Notes: generated by a model not told the origin, from the letters alone. A DNA stretch of 63,399 bases, filler included, from Octopus bimaculoides (GCF_001194135.2; 7 parts of 7 records of this genome joined end to end with filler, not necessarily neighbours in it); one strand, 5' to 3'; positions 40,048 to 54,039 are shown, counted from the whole stretch's first letter. Translations and numbers: made by a program.

Positions 40048-40165
40048 CTATAAAACAAGTGAGAAATATTAGTGAATTAAATAATACATCTTCCTGTATA
40101 ATAGAATAGAAAAAGCAAATTGAAGAAAGGGAATATAAAACTCCATACAATCTCTCAGTCTGTTT

Positions 40166-40206
<41 letters not shown>

Positions 40207-40854
40207 TATGTATATATATGTATTTATATATATGTGTGTAAATATATATGTATATATATATGTATATATATATGTGTATATATATATACACATACATTTA
40301 TATATATATGTGTGTATATATATGTATATATATATATGTATATATATGTATATATGTATGTATATATGAATATATATATATATATATATGCATATATATA
40401 CATATGTGTACGTATATATATGTATATATATATATANNNNNNNNNNNNNNNNNNNNNNNNNNNNNNNNNNNNNNNNNNNNNNNNNNNNNNNNNNNNNNNN
40501 NNNNNNNNNNNNNNNNNNNNNNNNNNNNNNNNNNNNNNNNNNNNNNNNNNNNNNNNNNNNNNNNNNNNNNNNNNNNNNNNNNNNNNNNNNNNNNNNNNNN
40601 NNNNNNNNNNNNNNNNNNNNNNNNNNNNNNNNNNNNNNNNNNNNNNNNNNNNNNNNNNNNNNNNNNNNNNNNNNNNNNNNNNNNNNNNNNNNNNNNNNNN
40701 NNNNNNNNNNNNNNNNNNNNNNNNNNNNNNNNNNNNNNNNNNNNNNNNNNNNNNNNNNNNNNNNNNNNNNNNNNNNNNNNNNNNNNNNNNNNNNNNNNNN
40801 NNNNNNNNNNNNNNNNNATATACGTATATATGCATTCAGGTTTGTTTACGTGTG

Positions 40855-41010
40855 CATATATATTAAAAGTAAAGTCAGTCGCTACATCAAAGTGGCTGTT
40901 CTATGTTACTACGCGTTTAACTCCTGGCAGATTCTCTGTCAAGTGGTTATCGGTGCAACTCTGCACCCTTTATGCAGAATATACATTGTTAGCAGGCGAA
41001 GTGAACCTCA
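40855..41010. mobile_element. Truncated, oppositely oriented second copy of the same fold-back element
   Basis: ggcagattctc...ggttatcggtgcaactctgcacccttta at 40925-40970 is the reverse complement of the centre of 41086-41450. Confidence 0.7.
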
Positions 41011-41085
41011 ACCAAGATTGGGAAATGACTCAGTCTCGAATTATTTGGCTCCTCATCCTCAGAGCGATAGCCAGAGTGCATTTCA

Positions 41086-41448
41086 GTAAACAAAGCGACC
41101 ATCGGTCAATGATTTCAACAACCAAAATAGCTAATTGTAAAACCTCAAGAAGAGATCAGAGCAGAAACTATACTAAAAACTAAAGTCAGTCTCCACATCA
41201 AAGTGGCTGCTCTATGTTACTACTAGAAGGGGTTCGCTCCCCTTGCTAACGATATATATTGCGTATAAAGGGTGTAGAGTCGCACCGATAACCAGGTGGA
41301 GGAGAATCTGCCTGGGATTAAACTAGTTGTAGGATGGAACAGCCACTATGATGTGGCTGCTGACTTTACTTCTCAGTATATTTACTACTTTGATCTCTTC
41401 TTGAGGTTTTACAACTAGCTATTTTAGTGATCGATGGTCGCTTTGTTT

Positions 41449-41450
<2 letters not shown>
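41086..41450. mobile_element. Fold-back MITE-like element with inverted arms of about 110-120 bp
   Basis: 41086-41208 (gtaaacaaagcgaccatcg...aaaatagctaattgtaaaacctcaagaagagatc...aagtggct) is the reverse complement of 41341-41450, apart from a 13-bp indel and substitutions. Confidence 0.8.
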
Positions 41451-41498
<48 letters not shown>

Positions 41499-41639
41499 AA
41501 AATAAGAGGAATGACCAGCAAATGTGGACTCCTTCGGATTTTTTTAATATGCTAGACCACTGGTTTTAATTGATTAATATCAATTTCTACCCTCATTAAT
41601 AAATTTTATATATATACTCACACACAAAAAATACACGCA

Positions 41640-43040
41640 CCCATACACACACATGTATGCACATCCACCTCCCAACACCACACACACACAACACACATGC
41701 ATGCACTTATACGCTCAGATTCGCCCACACACTTATACAAACGCACATACACACGCACACTTGCGCATACACATACACGCTAACAAACACGCAAACATAC
41801 ACACACACACACACACCCAAGCATACACACCCTTGCACACATAACCCATATATACCCCCATTCACACATACCTCCCACACACCTTACATATATACCGCCC
41901 ACACACATGACAAACATACATGCGCGCCCTCACACACATATAGACNNNNNNNNNNNNNNNNNNNNNNNNNNNNNNNNNNNNNNNNNNNNNNNNNNNNNNN
42001 NNNNNNNNNNNNNNNNNNNNNNNNNNNNNNNNNNNNNNNNNNNNNNNNNNNNNNNNNNNNNNNNNNNNNNNNNNNNNNNNNNNNNNNNNNNNNNNNNNNN
42101 NNNNNNNNNNNNNNNNNNNNNNNNNNNNNNNNNNNNNNNNNNNNNNNNNNNNNNNNNNNNNNNNNNNNNNNNNNNNNNNNNNNNNNNNNNNNNNNNNNNN
42201 NNNNNNNNNNNNNNNNNNNNNNNNNNNNNNNNNNNNNNNNNNNNNNNNNNNNNNNNNNNNNNNNNNNNNNNNNNNNNNNNNNNNNNNNNNNNNNNNNNNN
42301 NNNNNNNNNNNNNNNNNNNNNNNNNNNNNNNNNNNNNNNNNACACACATACACGTACACACATACACGTACACACATACACGTACACACATACACATATG
42401 CACACATGCACACACGCACACACACCTCTCACATACACAATACTCACTCACATACACAACACACACTCACATAAACACGCATATAACTACACACACAAGG
42501 GGCATAAATGACACACGCATTTTGCACGCACGTACGTACGCAAACACATGCACACACACACACACAGGAACGCACATATACACAACATACAAACACACAC
42601 ACGCACGCACGAAAACATACACAATATACACATACACGCACGNNNNNNNNNNACACAACATACAAACACACACACGCACGCACGAAAACATACACAATAT
42701 ACACATACACGCACGCACAAAAAATATACACACACGCGCACACACACGCACACACCAACATACACATACACACGCACCCACACCTCTCACCAACACAACA
42801 CACTCACACAGACACGCATACAATCACACACAAATGGGCATAAACAACACACGCACACACACGCACGTACACAGCAACGCACATATACACAACATACACA
42901 TACACACAAACACACACGCACGCACAAAAACATACACATACACACACGCTCACGTACAAAATACACACACACATGCACACGTACCCAACACCTACAACCC
43001 CACACAAACACACACGAACACACACATACTCAAAAACTGC
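41640..43040. repeat. Degenerate CA-rich low-complexity/minisatellite tract
   Basis: Interleaved cacacacatacacgcac variants, interrupted by gaps. Confidence 0.9.
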
Positions 43041-43922
43041 CTGCTGACCTTCCACTGACCATTGNNNNNNNNNNNNNNNNNNNNNNNNNNNNNNNNNNNN
43101 NNNNNNNNNNNNNNNNNNNNNNNNNNNNNNNNNNNNNNNNNNNNNNNNNNNNNNNNNNNNNNNNNNNNNNNNNNNNNNNNNNNNNNNNNNNNNNNNNNNN
43201 NNNNNNNNNNNNNNNNNNNNNNNNNNNNNNNNNNNNNNNNNNNNNNNNNNNNNNNNNNNNNNNNNNNNNNNNNNNNNNNNNNNNNNNNNNNNNNNNNNNN
43301 NNNNNNNNNNNNNNNNNNNNNNNNNNNNNNNNNNNNNNNNNNNNNNNNNNNNNNNNNNNNNNNNNNNNNNNNNNNNNNNNNNNNNNNNNNNNNNNNNNNN
43401 NNNNNNNNNNNNNNNNNNNNNNNNNNNNNNNNNNNNNNNNNNNNNNNNNNNNNNNNNNNNNNNNNNNNNNNNNNNNNNNNNNNNNNNNNNNNNNNNNNNN
43501 NNNNNNNNNNNNNNNNNNNNNNNNNNNNNNNNNNNNNNNNNNNNNNNNNNNNNNNNNNNNNNNNNNNNNNNNNNNNNNNNNNNNNNNNNNNNNNNNNNNN
43601 NNNNNNNNNNNNNNNNNNNNNNNNNNNNNNNNNNNNNNNNNNNNNNNNNNNNNNNNNNNNNNNNNNNNNNNNNNNNNNNNNNNNNNNNNNNNNNNNNNNN
43701 NNNNNNNNNNNNNNNNNNNNNNNNNNNNNNNNNNNNNNNNNNNNNNNNNNNNNNNNNNNNNNNNNNNNNNNNNNNNNNNNNNNNNNNNNNNNNNNNNNNN
43801 NNNNNNNNNNNNNNNNNNNNNNNNNNNNNNNNNNNNNNNNNNNNNNNNNNNNNNNNNNNNNNNNNNNNNNNNNNNNNNNNNNNNNNNNNNNNNNNNNNNN
43901 NNNNNNNNNNNNNNNNNNNNNN

Positions 43923-43991
<69 letters not shown>

Positions 43992-44428
43992 GCACAATCT
44001 ATCATGTATGCATATATGTGTGTGTGTGTGGATAGGGGTGTGCATGCGAGTATATGCATAAATTTATATATATATAAATATATGTATGTATATACATATG
44101 CAGAAATTATATAACATGTGTACACAGACAACTACATGAATGCATACATACACATTCATATCTTCTCACACATATATTGCTAATGTGAGCTTCTTGCAAC
44201 ATTGTGCAATTAATTAACCATTTTTCAGCCAATTTGTAACTGGAGTTAGAATATTAAGTACTATACAGACTTCCTGTTCTTTGCATGTTGAGATTTGCGA
44301 GGCACGTCTTAATAAATAAAATTAAATTATCTCGCTTTATTATTAAGGTAATTAGGAAACTAGAGAAACAAAAAAATGTAAAGACAAAAAATAAAATAAA
44401 ATAAGAAAATGAAAATTAAAGGCTAAAA

Positions 44429-44502
<74 letters not shown>

Positions 44503-44851
44503 ATAATAATAATAATAATGATAATAATGATATGAGAATAGAAATTGCAGAAGGAAATCAGGAAAGTAATTTTCTACTAGTAGTGTTTAGATAGAATCCT
44601 GAGCTATGGTTTATTATTTACGAAAATGTTATTTTCGTCCATGATCAACTTCATCACGATTCTTCTGGTAAGATTGGAAAATAAACATTTTCTCTCGCTC
44701 AAAGTAGAGCCCAATAGTGTTGAAGAAACCTCTGTTAATTCTGTTAGTTACCTTTAAGCATTCCCGAGATACAAAGGTTCGAAGCTGAAACTAAAATTTG
44801 GACAATTTTGCTGATACACCCGGTATGTATGTATGTATGTATGTATGTATG

Positions 44852-44882
<31 letters not shown>

Positions 44883-45789
44883 GTGTGTGTGTTATGTGTG
44901 TGTGCCTTTGTGTCTGTGTTTGTTCCACACCACCGCTTGACAAACAGTGTTGGGATCCCCGTAACTTAGCATTTCAGCAGAGACTGATGAAATGAATACC
45001 AGTCGACTTTAAAGCCTACACTGAAGGCTTGCATTAGCTCTCGGTGAAAGATGTAAAGAGCTGTGAAAAGCCTATGTGAGAAAATGAGACACGCAAATCA
45101 ATAATTAATAGTCTAATGGTTTGCTTTACGAATCTTGAATGTATATGACAGATTTGTTCGCCGATGTCTACGTAGAGGTCTTGGCAGCAGAATAAGAAAA
45201 TTACAAAACCAGATGCTGAAAAAAGAAATGGTAATGTGCAGCGAATTATAATTTCCAGTCAATTTCTTGGCTCGATGCAGAGTTTAAGAACTTGGTCAAG
45301 GTACTAGCAAAGCGATTAATAGTTGTCGGCGATAGCGTAGTTGGAAAAGTGCAAAGCTGTACAATATCAAGAAGTTCTATCCATGACAAATTATACTTCA
45401 TACGATACATCATGGATAAGATGAGTAAAAAGATCTAGTTTTGCGGGGCTTTGATCGATTTGAATCAATAGAAAGCTTCCAATAGTGTGGGTCATCGCTA
45501 TTTGGCCGTTGTTCTGGTGCCAGCTGGTTTCAGTCTTTGTTTCGTAAGGCTGGATCACTTCAATGTATAGTCGTCTGTTCAGCAGTAAGTCGAAATGGCC
45601 ACCTATCGGCAAATACGGAAATTATTAACATTTCCTTTTATCCATCCAGGAACGATCAGTCAAATACTACCGTCGCTGCAATCAATTATCTCCCTACCCC
45701 AGTTTTCAGGTCATCTGCCTATATTAGAAACATTTCTTCTTCTTCTTCTTCTTCTTCTTCTTCTTCTTCTTCTTTTGATATTATTATTC

Positions 45790-45909
45790 CACCGAGGTCG
45801 ATTTTGCCTTTCATCCTTTTGGGGGTGGATAAAATAAGTACCAGTCAAGTACTGGGGTCGAGTATACCCCTCCCCCAAATTTTCAGGCGTTGTTCTTCTT
45901 AGAGAAAAA

Positions 45910-45962
<53 letters not shown>

Positions 45963-46174
45963 CATTAAAGCAGTGAGCTTGCAAAATCGTTAACACGCTG
46001 GACGAAATACTAAGCGGAATTTCGTCTGCCGCTACATTCTGAGTTCAAATTCCACCGAGGTCGACTTTGCCTTTCATCCTTTCGGAGGTCGATAAATTAA
46101 GTAGCAGTGAAACACTGGCGTCAATGTAATCGATTATCCCCCACCCCAACTGCCCTTGTAGCAAAATTTGAAAC

Positions 46175-46210
<36 letters not shown>
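45790..46210 (+). mobile_element. SINE family A tandem (partial plus full) joined by (ATT)n
   Basis: Core at 45790-45905 and a full copy at about 45968-46175. Confidence 0.85.
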
Positions 46211-46211
<1 letters not shown>

Positions 46212-46492
46212 CCTATTTTGTCTTTCAGTCCTTTGAGGCAGACAGCGTATGTTATGTATCGCGGTCGATACAGTCATCAAAATCACTTCCTTTGTAAATC
46301 TCTGTCAAGAAGAAGCAAACATTGCGAATGATAATGATGATGGTGATGATAATGATGATGATGATAGCAATAACTATTATGTTTATAGAATACAACAAGT
46401 TCTGTTTTTTACGATGGAATCTTTTCTTTCAGAAGTGAAGTTAAATAATCAAATATGTTAAACCACTACAATTAAAATAAAAATATACTTGC

Positions 46493-46666
46493 TGTTAAAT
46501 TGAAATGAGGACGTGTTTCACAGTCAATGGAACCAGGTGTGTTTACTGTGATTTCTCCAGAGACAGAATTAATGTGAAATAATTCACTATTATTTCCGCT
46601 CAGCTGGAATTTTACAGCTTGGAAGGCAACATTATGATCTGAGTCAGATATAACCATTGGGGTCTC
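46493..46666 (-). CDS. Cadherin-repeat gene, internal exon (58 codons, phase 0-0)
   Basis: Minus strand after the acceptor ...aaatgacAG reads [58 protein letters not shown]. It carries the cadherin DxD, F-x-I-xxx-SG-x-I and (L/I)DxE motifs and is followed by GCAAGT. Confidence 0.85.
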
Positions 46667-46824
46667 CTGTCATTTAGAATAAGTGAAAAATATATAAAAA
46701 TATGCATAATAATAAAACAAGCTATAAAGATGTCGTTAACATCTCTCTTAACACAAATACAGCTGTGTATGCGCATGTATAAATATGTTTACATACATAT
46801 AGCTATGTATATATGCGTGTCTGA

Positions 46825-46886
<62 letters not shown>

Positions 46887-49774
46887 ATACATACACACAA
46901 ATGCGTGGGCATACATATATTTTAGGAAGAAATTTCTTTTCTTCGTACTTAAATACCAAGTGCAGGTAGAGTTTTATCTACAACAAAATACGATGTCATA
47001 TTTTGGCATAAACCATTCAAGTAATTTATAACGTTCGTTATTTTCGTTTGGCAAAGATAGATTGAATTTGTCTGAGGAAACCAATTATTTTGACCACCTT
47101 ATGAATAAAGAAATTGTTGAAGACTCTTTGTGTTCATTAATGTAAAAATAAACCAGGAATAGAGCATTAAACTAAATATAGGTAAACTAATACGCAGAGA
47201 TGGCTTTTAATATACTTACTATTGTAAGAATCAGGAAAGATGTTTTCTTTCACAGAGTGTTTGTTAATTAAGACTGCTCTGTTGGATGTTATTTCAGACT
47301 TGTGTACCATTATCAAAAATAAAGACAATTATCTGGAGTTTGATTATTTGATAGAAATAGTCAGAGATCGACTATCAAATGCAGTGTTTAAAAATTGCCA
47401 GCGTTCTATAAATTCGTATTGTACGGTTAGCAGATCGAATACTTTATGAAGGACCTACATGTTCAGTACCTCAGACTTACAGATAGCTATATAGATAGCA
47501 TACAGATAGCTATAAATTTTGCTCTATCCATTCTTATTGGACTTCATCATAACTTCATCCTCTGATGAATGTTATAAATGTGGTAAGCTCGTCTTTATTG
47601 ATGCCAGCTGATTGACTTTTAGTTCAAGTCCTCTATGGTAGAAATGTTGATTGCATGTTCAATGCGATCAATTATATATAACTGAGTTATCTAACTTTTG
47701 GAAATAAGTATCAGATTACGTGGGAATGTTACTTGCGATAGAACAGCATCATATCTAAATTTGTTTTTCATATAGTTAACACCATGAAATTATAGCTAAA
47801 CATTTGCTCACTAACTGGGAAATTGGAAATATTGGTATTCATGTAGTGTTTAGAAATAGAGATGTTACTTTAAAAATAAAGGTGAAGGGGTTGCCTCGCG
47901 TCCTTATTTTGTTTAAAGACAATTATCGTTAGTATTGTTGTTGAATAGATTCGTGCTACAGAGTAATCAATCAGGCGAAGCATCAGATGGCTATCAATAA
48001 CTAAGACCTCCTCATCATTAGTATTAACAAACTCTCAGCATACAACAAATTTGATTTCTCATTTTAAAGATAGAGATTTTGCTGAGAGATTTTGCTGTGA
48101 GCTGGTGTATGAAGCTTTATAAAGTTATCTCGTTGGCTTAGGTGGTTAAAGTTTTCCTTTACCACATCATTAATTGAAACCCCCAGAGACACGTTGACAG
48201 TTTCTAAACCGTCATCAATTCTATTTTGTAATATTTAACATCGGCAAAAGCTACATTCTGCGATATCTACAATTTGACAGGATACCGACTGCGGTATACA
48301 TGATTTGTCAAAGTGTCAAACATTTGTGCGGAACTGAAATATCAGTGTACTTAATTCTCCGCTTATGCTTATTAATTACTGCTCTAAAGACAATAGGTAA
48401 TTAGAAATAGTCTCTTCCATCAAATATGCAATTAAAGTTGTATTTCTCTCTTCTCAGTTAACTTGTGGCAGAAATAGTCACATTGCAACAGATTGTGTTA
48501 TCCATGATCGTAACTAATTACTTTCCTCAGCTGCTATTTAACCTCAAACAATGTATCTACGACCACGTTAACCAATGTGTCCGTTTGTTTTATAAGACAG
48601 CAGGATATGATCTAAAGTAGATTTGTTTGCTGTTTTTAGCAGGTCGATCAACTGCTTAGTGGTCTTTTGCATTGGCTCGTTGTTGTCTCTCGTGAGCTTT
48701 CACCAGTTCTTACAAAAAGCGAATCAACCAACCGATCAATATTGTTTCATATGCCATCTGTATGATTAATGAATTTATTGGCCGATGTTTGTCAGTTCGT
48801 CTGTAACTGCTATAATTAGTTGCATGCTCTTAAAACCTGCATGTTAACAATGAATCCCAGTGTTGCCGCAAGATTAAACAATTTACAATGCAAACTTTCA
48901 CCTTATTACAGATAAAACCAAATCAAATAAACTCTAAAAGAAAAGTTAGCTAGAGGTGCATAAATCAAGAAATACGGATTAGGGGAAAACAATCTGCTTG
49001 TATTGTTTTGACAAATAAAAATGTGTAGCTAAAAATACGTGTAGCATAGTTTATACATTCGTGCTTTTCAAGATAATATAACTCTTGAGATCGTTTTTGT
49101 TTATTCCTAAGTCGGTTCTGATTGAACAAACTTATATTGAAAATAATTCCAACCACGGCCATTTATTAGTTTTCTTTAGATATAATGTACCTCCTATTAA
49201 ATTTTCCAATGTAGTTCTTATCTAAGACGCTTGATTATAGTCTTAGGGATATTTAGCTGCTATTTTCAGCAGGTCAGATGACTACTAGTAGAAGCTTTTC
49301 CCGCTGGCGTCTTTGTGATCGTTGTTGTTGGTCTTGTTAGATTTACTTTAAAAAAATCAAAACAAAGATGGTCGATCGAATGAATACCTGTGTGATTTAA
49401 AATGACTAAGTGATTCATCCATGAAAAGGAGCTCTTATCTAAATCCCACAAGTCTAAATTCTTCAAATGCAAACGACCAGTTTAGTGGCGTACATCTTTT
49501 TGGCACTTATGAACTTAACTTAATTGTAGCTTCTCAGCTGTAAATAAAGCACTCTATCTTTTTCTATATTTTTAGTCCAATAGAAAGAAAACCGAATTGC
49601 TGTTTAATTTTACGAAACCATGAGAATGACAATATTGTGATTGTGATCTCTCAGTCATTTAATTATTCCGAACCAGTGGCGAAGCAAGGATTCTCAGCGA
49701 CAGACGTCGGAGATCTTCTGTTCGTACTTCGTTGCTAATAAATTCTGTAAATATATTTCTATTATTTTAAATCT

Positions 49775-50200
49775 ATTTTCATGTACTACCATGAATGTAA
49801 TATTCACAAATTTGGATATTTTCATATTGCTGGAACAAATCCTTTTAGATATGGAATTATACAACAAAGTTCTGGAAAGAGCCAACTATCAAAGCATCGA
49901 ATCGCTGATCACGAAACACTGTCTTCGATGGTCAGCATATGTAGCAAAAATGGAAGAGTCAAGGTTCCTACACCAAGACTAATTCAGCGAACTCGCTTCA
50001 AGGAAAGAACCACGCTGTTGTCTTCTTCGAAGATACAAGGACCAAGTCAAAACAGCGCTAAAAGCCACTGATCATAGCCTGAATACTTTGAAACATAAGC
50101 CCGAGACCGTACCAAGAGGTGGTGATCCATCATCATAGGAACCAAAATCTTCGAAGCTACCAGAAATGAAAAGGAAGAAATTGAATAACAGGAGAGAAAG
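49775..50200 (+). mobile_element. RTE-clade ORF2 C-terminal fragment (third family)
   Basis: NKVLERANYQSIESLITKHCLRWSAYVAKMEESR...SELAS...RRYKDQVKTALK matches the RTE C-terminal signature. Confidence 0.75.
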
Positions 50201-50469
50201 GCTCGACCAAATCAACCTTGTTCTTTACCAACATTACCATACAGTCAATATCATTGACTCTTCTGTGCATAAAATGGTCTACAAAATCACCAACGCCATC
50301 ACCATAAACGAAGCGTCCAGCAAAGAAGAAATTAAATTCGTGGATACGAAATAAAACCAACGACGACGACATACGACTAATAACTAATCTAGAGAATAAC
50401 TTATTTAATCTAAATTCCGGCTAAATTGAAAGAGCAAGTGCTCCTCGAACGCACCAATAGGCAAAAGAT

Positions 50470-50865
50470 TTGTTGTGTGGTTAAGAAGCTGATTTCCCAA
50501 TCATGTGGTCTCGGGTGCTATTGCCCGTTATCTTGGGAAAATGTCTTCTACCGTAGCCCCGGGTCGACTGAAGCCTTGTGAGTAGATATGATAGATGGAA
50601 TCTGAAAGAAGCTCGTCATGTACGTATATATATATAATTATATATCTGTGTGTCTGCCCGCACATGTGTATATCTTTGTGCGTCTTTGTGTTTGTCTTCC
50701 ACACCACCACTTTATAAGCGGTGTTGGTTCGTATACCTCCCCGTAACGTTAGTGGTTCATCAAAAAATACTGATACAATAAATACCAGGTTTTGTTGGAC
50801 TAAACCCGTCAAGGCGGTGCCTCAGCATGGTCGTAGTCCAATAACTGAAACAAGTAAAACATAAA
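50470..50865 (+). mobile_element. SINE family B, diverged
   Basis: Colinear with 28016-28368. Confidence 0.8.
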
Positions 50866-50920
50866 GCCATTTTCCCTGTTATATCTTAACACATAACAGG
50901 ATAGATCATTATTACTCTCT

Positions 50921-50949
<29 letters not shown>

Positions 50950-50956
<7 letters not shown>

Positions 50957-52505
50957 CCGTTCAGTTCTTCCCTATTTGGAGGCCTGGTCCAACCGAAACT
51001 CCCAGCAACTTAACCGGTCCCTCCATCCAGCACCCAACAACGCTGTCTGAAGTCATCGACTTGCTAAACTAGGTGCCGAGCTGCAAGCCGACCGACTTTT
51101 CTCGGTTAATCTTTGCTCCTGCCACCTCTTCGTAAGCCTCAATAGTCTTACCCACTTCACGTAGGCGTGCTACTGAGGTTACGCTGATAGTGATATCATC
51201 CGCGTAAGCCGTAACAAACTCCTCTGGTTCTCTCGGAATACCACTCAACCTTCGCAGTAGGGGCTCGAGAGCCACCACATACAAAAGCGGTGAGAGCGCA
51301 CATCCTTGACAAACCGAGAGTCTGATGCAGAACGGCTTCGAAAGGAAACCATTCACCCGAACGATCGAGTCAATGTTGTGGTACAAAGCGATAAACCACT
51401 CGAGGAAGCCAAGGCCAACGCAAGACTCCGCATCCGACTCCGAGAGACACGGCAGCCCGGCAAGAAAGTCCTCGAGGGCTCTCCCACCACCAGGACCGCT
51501 GTCACACCGGAACAGCTGGGTAAAATACTCCCGAAAGGCCTCACACATTTTCTCGGGTTCGTTTACCAAGACGCCATTATGATTCGTCAAAGACCGTATA
51601 GTGGAACTATTTCCTAGCCGAGCTTCAACCACTCGGGCCCATCCAGCGGCCTTGATTCCTTCACTTCCCATCGCACGTAACTTAGCTCTGGCAATACTTC
51701 CCATGTGTTGGGCTTCACAATGCTGGTTTAACTCCAGTCTTTTCACCCTCGCTTGGTCCGCATTACCAATCCTCCAGGCTCCTTCTAGTTCTTTAACTAA
51801 ACCATCTCCTATTCTACGTCCCTTCTTAGCTAAACTTATGCTAAACCTAATATACTCATATTTGATGGCTCTTTTTAGGGCGTACCACCATTTGTTATTA
51901 ATGATGGTACCTGTCAATGCCCTCTGTATTAACATCTTGATCCGCTTTCTGTATTCCTCAATCGCCAAAAGGGACTATAGAGTTTCCAGTAGCCAGATCC
52001 CTGAATATGTAACTTATCTATTGTCAATTTACAGGTAACCATCTTGTGGTCACTGTAGCTGACTAGAAAAAACTGTGGACACTTAGCTATGGACTTATCT
52101 GTTTCTCTAATTAAAATCCTATCTAGATATGTTCTGGAAGACCCATAACTATTTGACCAAGTCCACTGTGGAGTGTTCGGGTGTTCCAGCCTATGTGGAT
52201 CTGCTAGCTGAAAGTGACTTAGCTGATCCCGTAAGCCTGGGTTACATTTTCTGTTCATGTTCGAGCCAACACAATCTGTGTGTGCGTCACATATTCTGTT
52301 AAAGTCTCCTAACAATAAAAGCGAATGCAACGTGGCCAGGAACTTGCCCAGGTCACGAAAATATTCACTTTGCGCGCCCATAATGTTGGATGCATAAATA
52401 GCAACTAGCCTGATTATCTTGCCACAACTGAATGTCAGATCGAGAACGACCAGCCTGCCTTCTGGATCAGAAAAAAAAACAACTTTTTCTCGGCTTTTGT
52501 GATTG
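50950..52505 (-). mobile_element. Tx1/L1-clade LINE: APE endonuclease plus internally deleted RT
   Basis: LLLGDFNRICD, WTWSN...YLDRIL, SDHKMV and GSGYWKL (endonuclease); QGCALSPLLYVVALEPL, AYADDIT and GAKINREKSVGL (RT). Confidence 0.9.
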
Positions 52506-54039
52506 TAAACATTCTAAATATTTATTTCGGAGAAAATAAGGCTGCAGCGAAATGTTTTGCGGCATTTTTGTCCGTCTTTACGGTCTGAGTTCAACTTTGC
52601 ATTTCATCTTTCGATGTAATCAACTTATCCCTCCCACCAAAATTGCTGTGCATGTGTGCGTGCGCGCGCGTATGTAAATATGTATGCATACGTCTGTGTG
52701 TATGTGTGTGTGTAGCGGTTCTTGTTTGTGTGTTTGAGCGTAGGGTTCTAATTGTTAGTAAATAGAGAGAGAAAAAGAGACGCAGAAGGAGAAAAATTGA
52801 AAGGATGGGAAGGCAGAGAAATTGTGTGTACGTATTGTGAGACTCTTCTATGTATTCATTCTACAATAGACACACACACACGCACGCACATATAGAAGAG
52901 ACACATACATACACACACGTGCATATTATGCAATGTATATATTATACAATATATATTAATGAATTAGATTTGAATATTCTTTATGAGTATCAAAGTATCT
53001 TTAGTGCAGAAACTGAATGTGCATTTAGCTCCATATTTAATGGGCAACAACTAAACTAGACTAAGCAATGCTTGAATTTATGAGTAATCGGAGGCGAGTG
53101 ACTTTCATAATAATACGTCGAACTAATAGTATTGGCAAAATAATTTTTAAAAATAATAAATCACAAAATTACAATATGAAAATGTTAGGAAATGCTCAGA
53201 GTCAAGAAATAATTATAGGACAACAACTTCAGGGGCAATGTATTTTTAATGTGAAATTGATTGTGGTTAAGATCTCGTATTAGATGTCATTAGATCCAGG
53301 AAGCGAAATCTTGTAAGATTCTATTTTATAGTAACAAATTGAAACAAAGAGGAAATGAAATTATTTTCAAAAGGGAAAATAGTAAAAGAATTATCAGAAG
53401 AGTTTCTTCCATTATTTAACAACACTGAATTTCAAAAGCAGCGGTTCGCAACCTCATTTGCATCATGGACCGGTTATATGTAAGACAATTTTTTCACAGA
53501 GCGATTCCACGTAAGGAAGTTTTTTCTCGGACCGGGTTATCACGCGCATAACANNNNNNNNNNNNNNNNNNNNNNNNNNNNNNNNNNNNNNNNNNNNNNN
53601 NNNNNNNNNNNNNNNNNNNNNNNNNNNNNNNNNNNNNNNNNNNNNNNNNNNNNNNNNNNNNNNNNNNNNNNNNNNNNNNNNNNNNNNNNNNNNNNNNNNN
53701 NNNNNNNNNNNNNNNNNNNNNNNNNNNNNNNNNNNNNNNNNNNNNNNNNNNNNNNNNNNNNNNNNNNNNNNNNNNNNNNNNNNNNNNNNNNNNNNNNNNN
53801 NNNNNNNNNNNNNNNNNNNNNNNNNNNNNNNNNNNNNNNNNNNNNNNNNNNNNNNNNNNNNNNNNNNNNNNNNNNNNNNNNNNNNNNNNNNNNNNNNNNN
53901 NNNNNNNNNNNNNNNNNNNNNNNNNNNNNNNNNNNNNNNNNNNNNNNNNNNNNNNNNNNNNNGCATGGTTGGATGGTGGCCCTCTTCCTCTTAGAATTGA
54001 ACTGCTTCTTCTTTCTTTACTCATAGATCCAGGAATTGA

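Noticed and set aside
47220-47320. Minus-strand SVKEN motif with a GTAAGT donor
   Set aside because: There is no upstream DxNDNxPxF, and the donor is phase 1 while the next exon needs phase 0.
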